From Rebecca billardiae RCC1528 (Eukaryota; Protista; Haptophyta): 64,000 nucleotides of DNA. The notes under the pieces were generated by a model. That model ran no database searches, was not told the DNA's origin, and worked only from the letters and a program-made list of their open reading frames with translations. The position numbers and the translations under genes were made by a program. The DNA is taken from positions 3,348,001 through 3,412,000 of the forward strand of contig OZ251223.1 of assembly GCA_965240325.2 (NCBI GenBank). Reading direction: 5' to 3'. Positions 61,701-64,000 of this stretch are shown in pieces (position 1 is the first letter of the stretch; the number at the start of each line of letters is the position of its first letter).

Positions 61701-63965
61701 ACTACGAGCAGGCTCAGCAGTGGCAGCAGCCGCCGCAGCCGCAGCAGCAGCAGCAGCAGTCGGCGCAGCAGCAGCAGCCGCAGTCACAGCCACCGCCGGC
61801 GCATCAGCCGCCCGCGCATCAGCAGCCGCAGCAGCAGCACTGGCAGCAACAGCCGCCGTCACAGCCGGCGCAGCAGCAGCAGTGGCAGCAGCAGCCTCCG
61901 CAGACGCAGACGCAGACACAGACGCAGCCGCAGCAGCCGCAGCACTCGCAGCAGCCGCAGCAGCAGCCACCGCAGCAGCAGTGGCAGCAACAGCCGCCGC
62001 AGCAGCAGCCGCAGCAGCAGCCGCAGCAGCAGCAGCAGCAGCCGCAGCAGCAGCCGCAGCCGCTGCCGCAGCAGCAGCAGCCGCAGCCGCAGCCGCAGCC
62101 GCAGCCGCAGCCGCAGCCGCAGCAGCAACCGTCGCAGTACGCACAGCAGCAGCCGCAGCAGCAGCAGCAGCCGCAGCAGCCGGCGCAGCAGTGGCAGCAG
62201 CCGGCGCAGCAGCAGCAGCCGCCGGCGCAGCAGCAGTGGCAGCAGCAGCCACAGCAGCACGCACCCCTGCAACAGCCGCCGCTGGAGCCGCCGCCACCGC
62301 CGCAGCAGCAGCAGCCGCCGGCACAGCAGCAGCAGCAGCCGCCGCCGCCGCCGCAGCAGCCTCCGCCGCAGCAGCAGCAACCACCGCAGCAGCAGCAGCA
62401 GCAGCAGCAGCCACCGCAGCAGCAGCAGCAGTCGCTGCCGCCGCCGCCACAGCCACAGCAGCCGCAGCAGTGGCAGCAGCAGCCGCAGCAGCCGACACCG
62501 CAGCAGCAGCAGCCACTGCACACTCAGCCCGCTCCGCCCGCGCAAGACCCTCGCGAGCACGACGTCGGCGCGAGCAGCCCGGCCGCGCCCAGCCAGGACG
62601 GCGGGAGTGCCTCGTCCCAGCCGGCATGCTCGCATTCGACGGCAGCCGGCTCCTCCTCCCTCCACGCCATGCCGGCCGAGGTGGACACCGGCCTGCGCGG
62701 CGTGAAGGCGCTGAGCCGGCTCACGGTCGATGAAGGTGACGAGGCGGAGGGCGAGGACGGCGAGGAGGGCGAGGTGGACGCCGAGGCCGAGCAGCTGCGG
62801 CTGCTGCAGCTCGAGGAGGAGCACCAGCGGCAGAAGGCCGAGCTCGACGCCAAGTTCCGCGCGGAGAGGGAGGCACTCATGTACGCGCCGCGCCGAGCGC
62901 AAGCGCCGCGCCGAGCGCGAGCGCCGGCGCCCGTGCGCGCAAGCACGCGGACGGACCGGCGCTGCCGCGCCTCTCTCACCCGCGCACCCGCGCGTCGCGC
63001 TCGCGCGCTCCCGTCCCACCACGCCCGCCTCGCTGCGCAGGCAGAGCAAGGGCAAGAAGTCCGCGGTCCGCCGACGAGACTCCAAGTGCGCGACCGATGG
63101 CTCCGTGACGCCGGGCTCCAGCTCAACCTCGAGCCCGACGCGCCCACCGCTCCACCCGACGGTGTGGCCGGTGGGCGGCGATGCGGGCGCAGGCTCGAGC
63201 GCCGCGGCGGCGGGCTTGTTCCACTCTGCAGAGGACGCTCGCCCGGTGCCGCACTCGCGCTCCAACCCGGGCGAGCTCGACCGCGCCGCGCTCGAGCACG
63301 CGGATGTGGTCAGCACCCGCCCGCTGCGGAACGGCGGCCTGGTGCCCGCGTCAGGCAGCGTGCCCAACCTGCCGGTGGCCGCGGCGGCCGGCGCGACCAT
63401 GGAGCGGCCGGCGCAGCTGCAGACTGGCCCTGGATCAACCCCAATCAGCCCGTCGGCCAGCACGGCGCCGCACGCGCCGCCGCACCCCTCGCCGACGTGC
63501 GCCAGTCCGATTGCAGCAGCGACGCAGCCGGCTGTGAACGGCGCCGAGAGCGGCGCTCCCGCGGCGGGCGGCTTGGTCGGCAGTGGTGGTGCGTCTACGC
63601 CGAGCCTCAACGGCGCGGAGGCGCGCGCCGGCCCGCAGCACAGCCTCTCGACCGGCAGCCTGGACACGGGCGCGGCGGGCGCGCACGCGCTTCCGAAGAA
63701 GAAGCCGGAGGCGCAGCTGACCGTTGCCATGATGCGCGAGCTCGAGCTCAAGAACCTCGGCGAGCTCGGCAAGTCACGAGGCAAGGAGTCCGCTGCTGGG
63801 CACCACCCCACGTCGATGGGCGCGGCCGCTAAGCCCAAGGCGATGCAGGAGGCCCGTGCGAGCTCACAGCGCGGCAGCGGCCGTTTCGACGGGGACGACG
63901 GCGAGTTTCAGCAGTGGCAGCAAGCTGCGGGCGCGGCGGCGAAAGAGCGCGGCGGCCCCAGATAG
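58725..63965 (+). CDS. WNK: WNK (With-No-lysine) kinase with a CCT-like domain and a very long Q/P-rich tail, 5 exons
   Basis: Catalytic Lys in subdomain I ([12 protein letters not shown]); VAWN replaces VAxK; [45 protein letters not shown]; CCT-like [19 protein letters not shown]. Introns 58788-58874, 59135-59355, 59574-59720, 62881-63040. Confidence 0.93.
60826..62512 (+). repeat. CAG/CCG coding repeat (~560-aa Q/P tract of WNK)
   Basis: Includes a (CCGCAGCAG)n array at about 61352-61497 and recurrent PSQYAQQ and QQWQQ units. Confidence 0.95.
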
Positions 63966-64000
63966 CATGCGCCGTGCCGGTCAGCCGTGCCACGGGCGCC

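Overview
GC-rich, gene-dense eukaryotic nuclear DNA. It has short GC-rich spliceosomal introns (mostly GTGCGC/GTGTG...CAG, no polypyrimidine tract) and signal-plus-transit targeting peptides. This style fits a haptophyte alga such as Pavlovophyceae/Diacronema (inference, not verified). About 27 protein-coding genes can be modelled. Recognisable ones: PAP/fibrillin-like, TraB-domain, TPR protein, a ~2080-aa GH13-like + GT5 alpha-glucan-synthase fusion, Nudix, UT-type urea channel, CLP1, polyQ Zn-ribbon protein, kinesin-14, Deg/HtrA protease, UCP-like mitochondrial carrier, tandem-UBL/BAG protein, ankyrin-LRR, MYND + Arf-like remnant, SOUL, sulfotransferase-like, TMCO1, GT90, MTFP1, CH-domain protein, TPT/NST transporter, and a WNK kinase with a ~560-aa Q/P tract. 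Ten head-to-head pairs are separated by only ~110-380 bp. Spacers carry microsatellites, local tandem duplications, a frameshifted pseudogene and several lower-GC hairpin-rich islands. Best leads: (1) the degenerate GH13-GT5 fusion in a lineage expected to store beta-1,3-glucan; (2) hairpin-dense non-coding islands (18.5-19.3 kb, 44.5-45.3 kb, 46.8-47.3 kb); (3) spacer duplications that diverge almost only by 2-5 nt indels; (4) a urea channel with an apparent mitochondrial presequence; (5) several unusual domain fusions. No CRISPR array, rRNA, convincing tRNA or transposase was seen.
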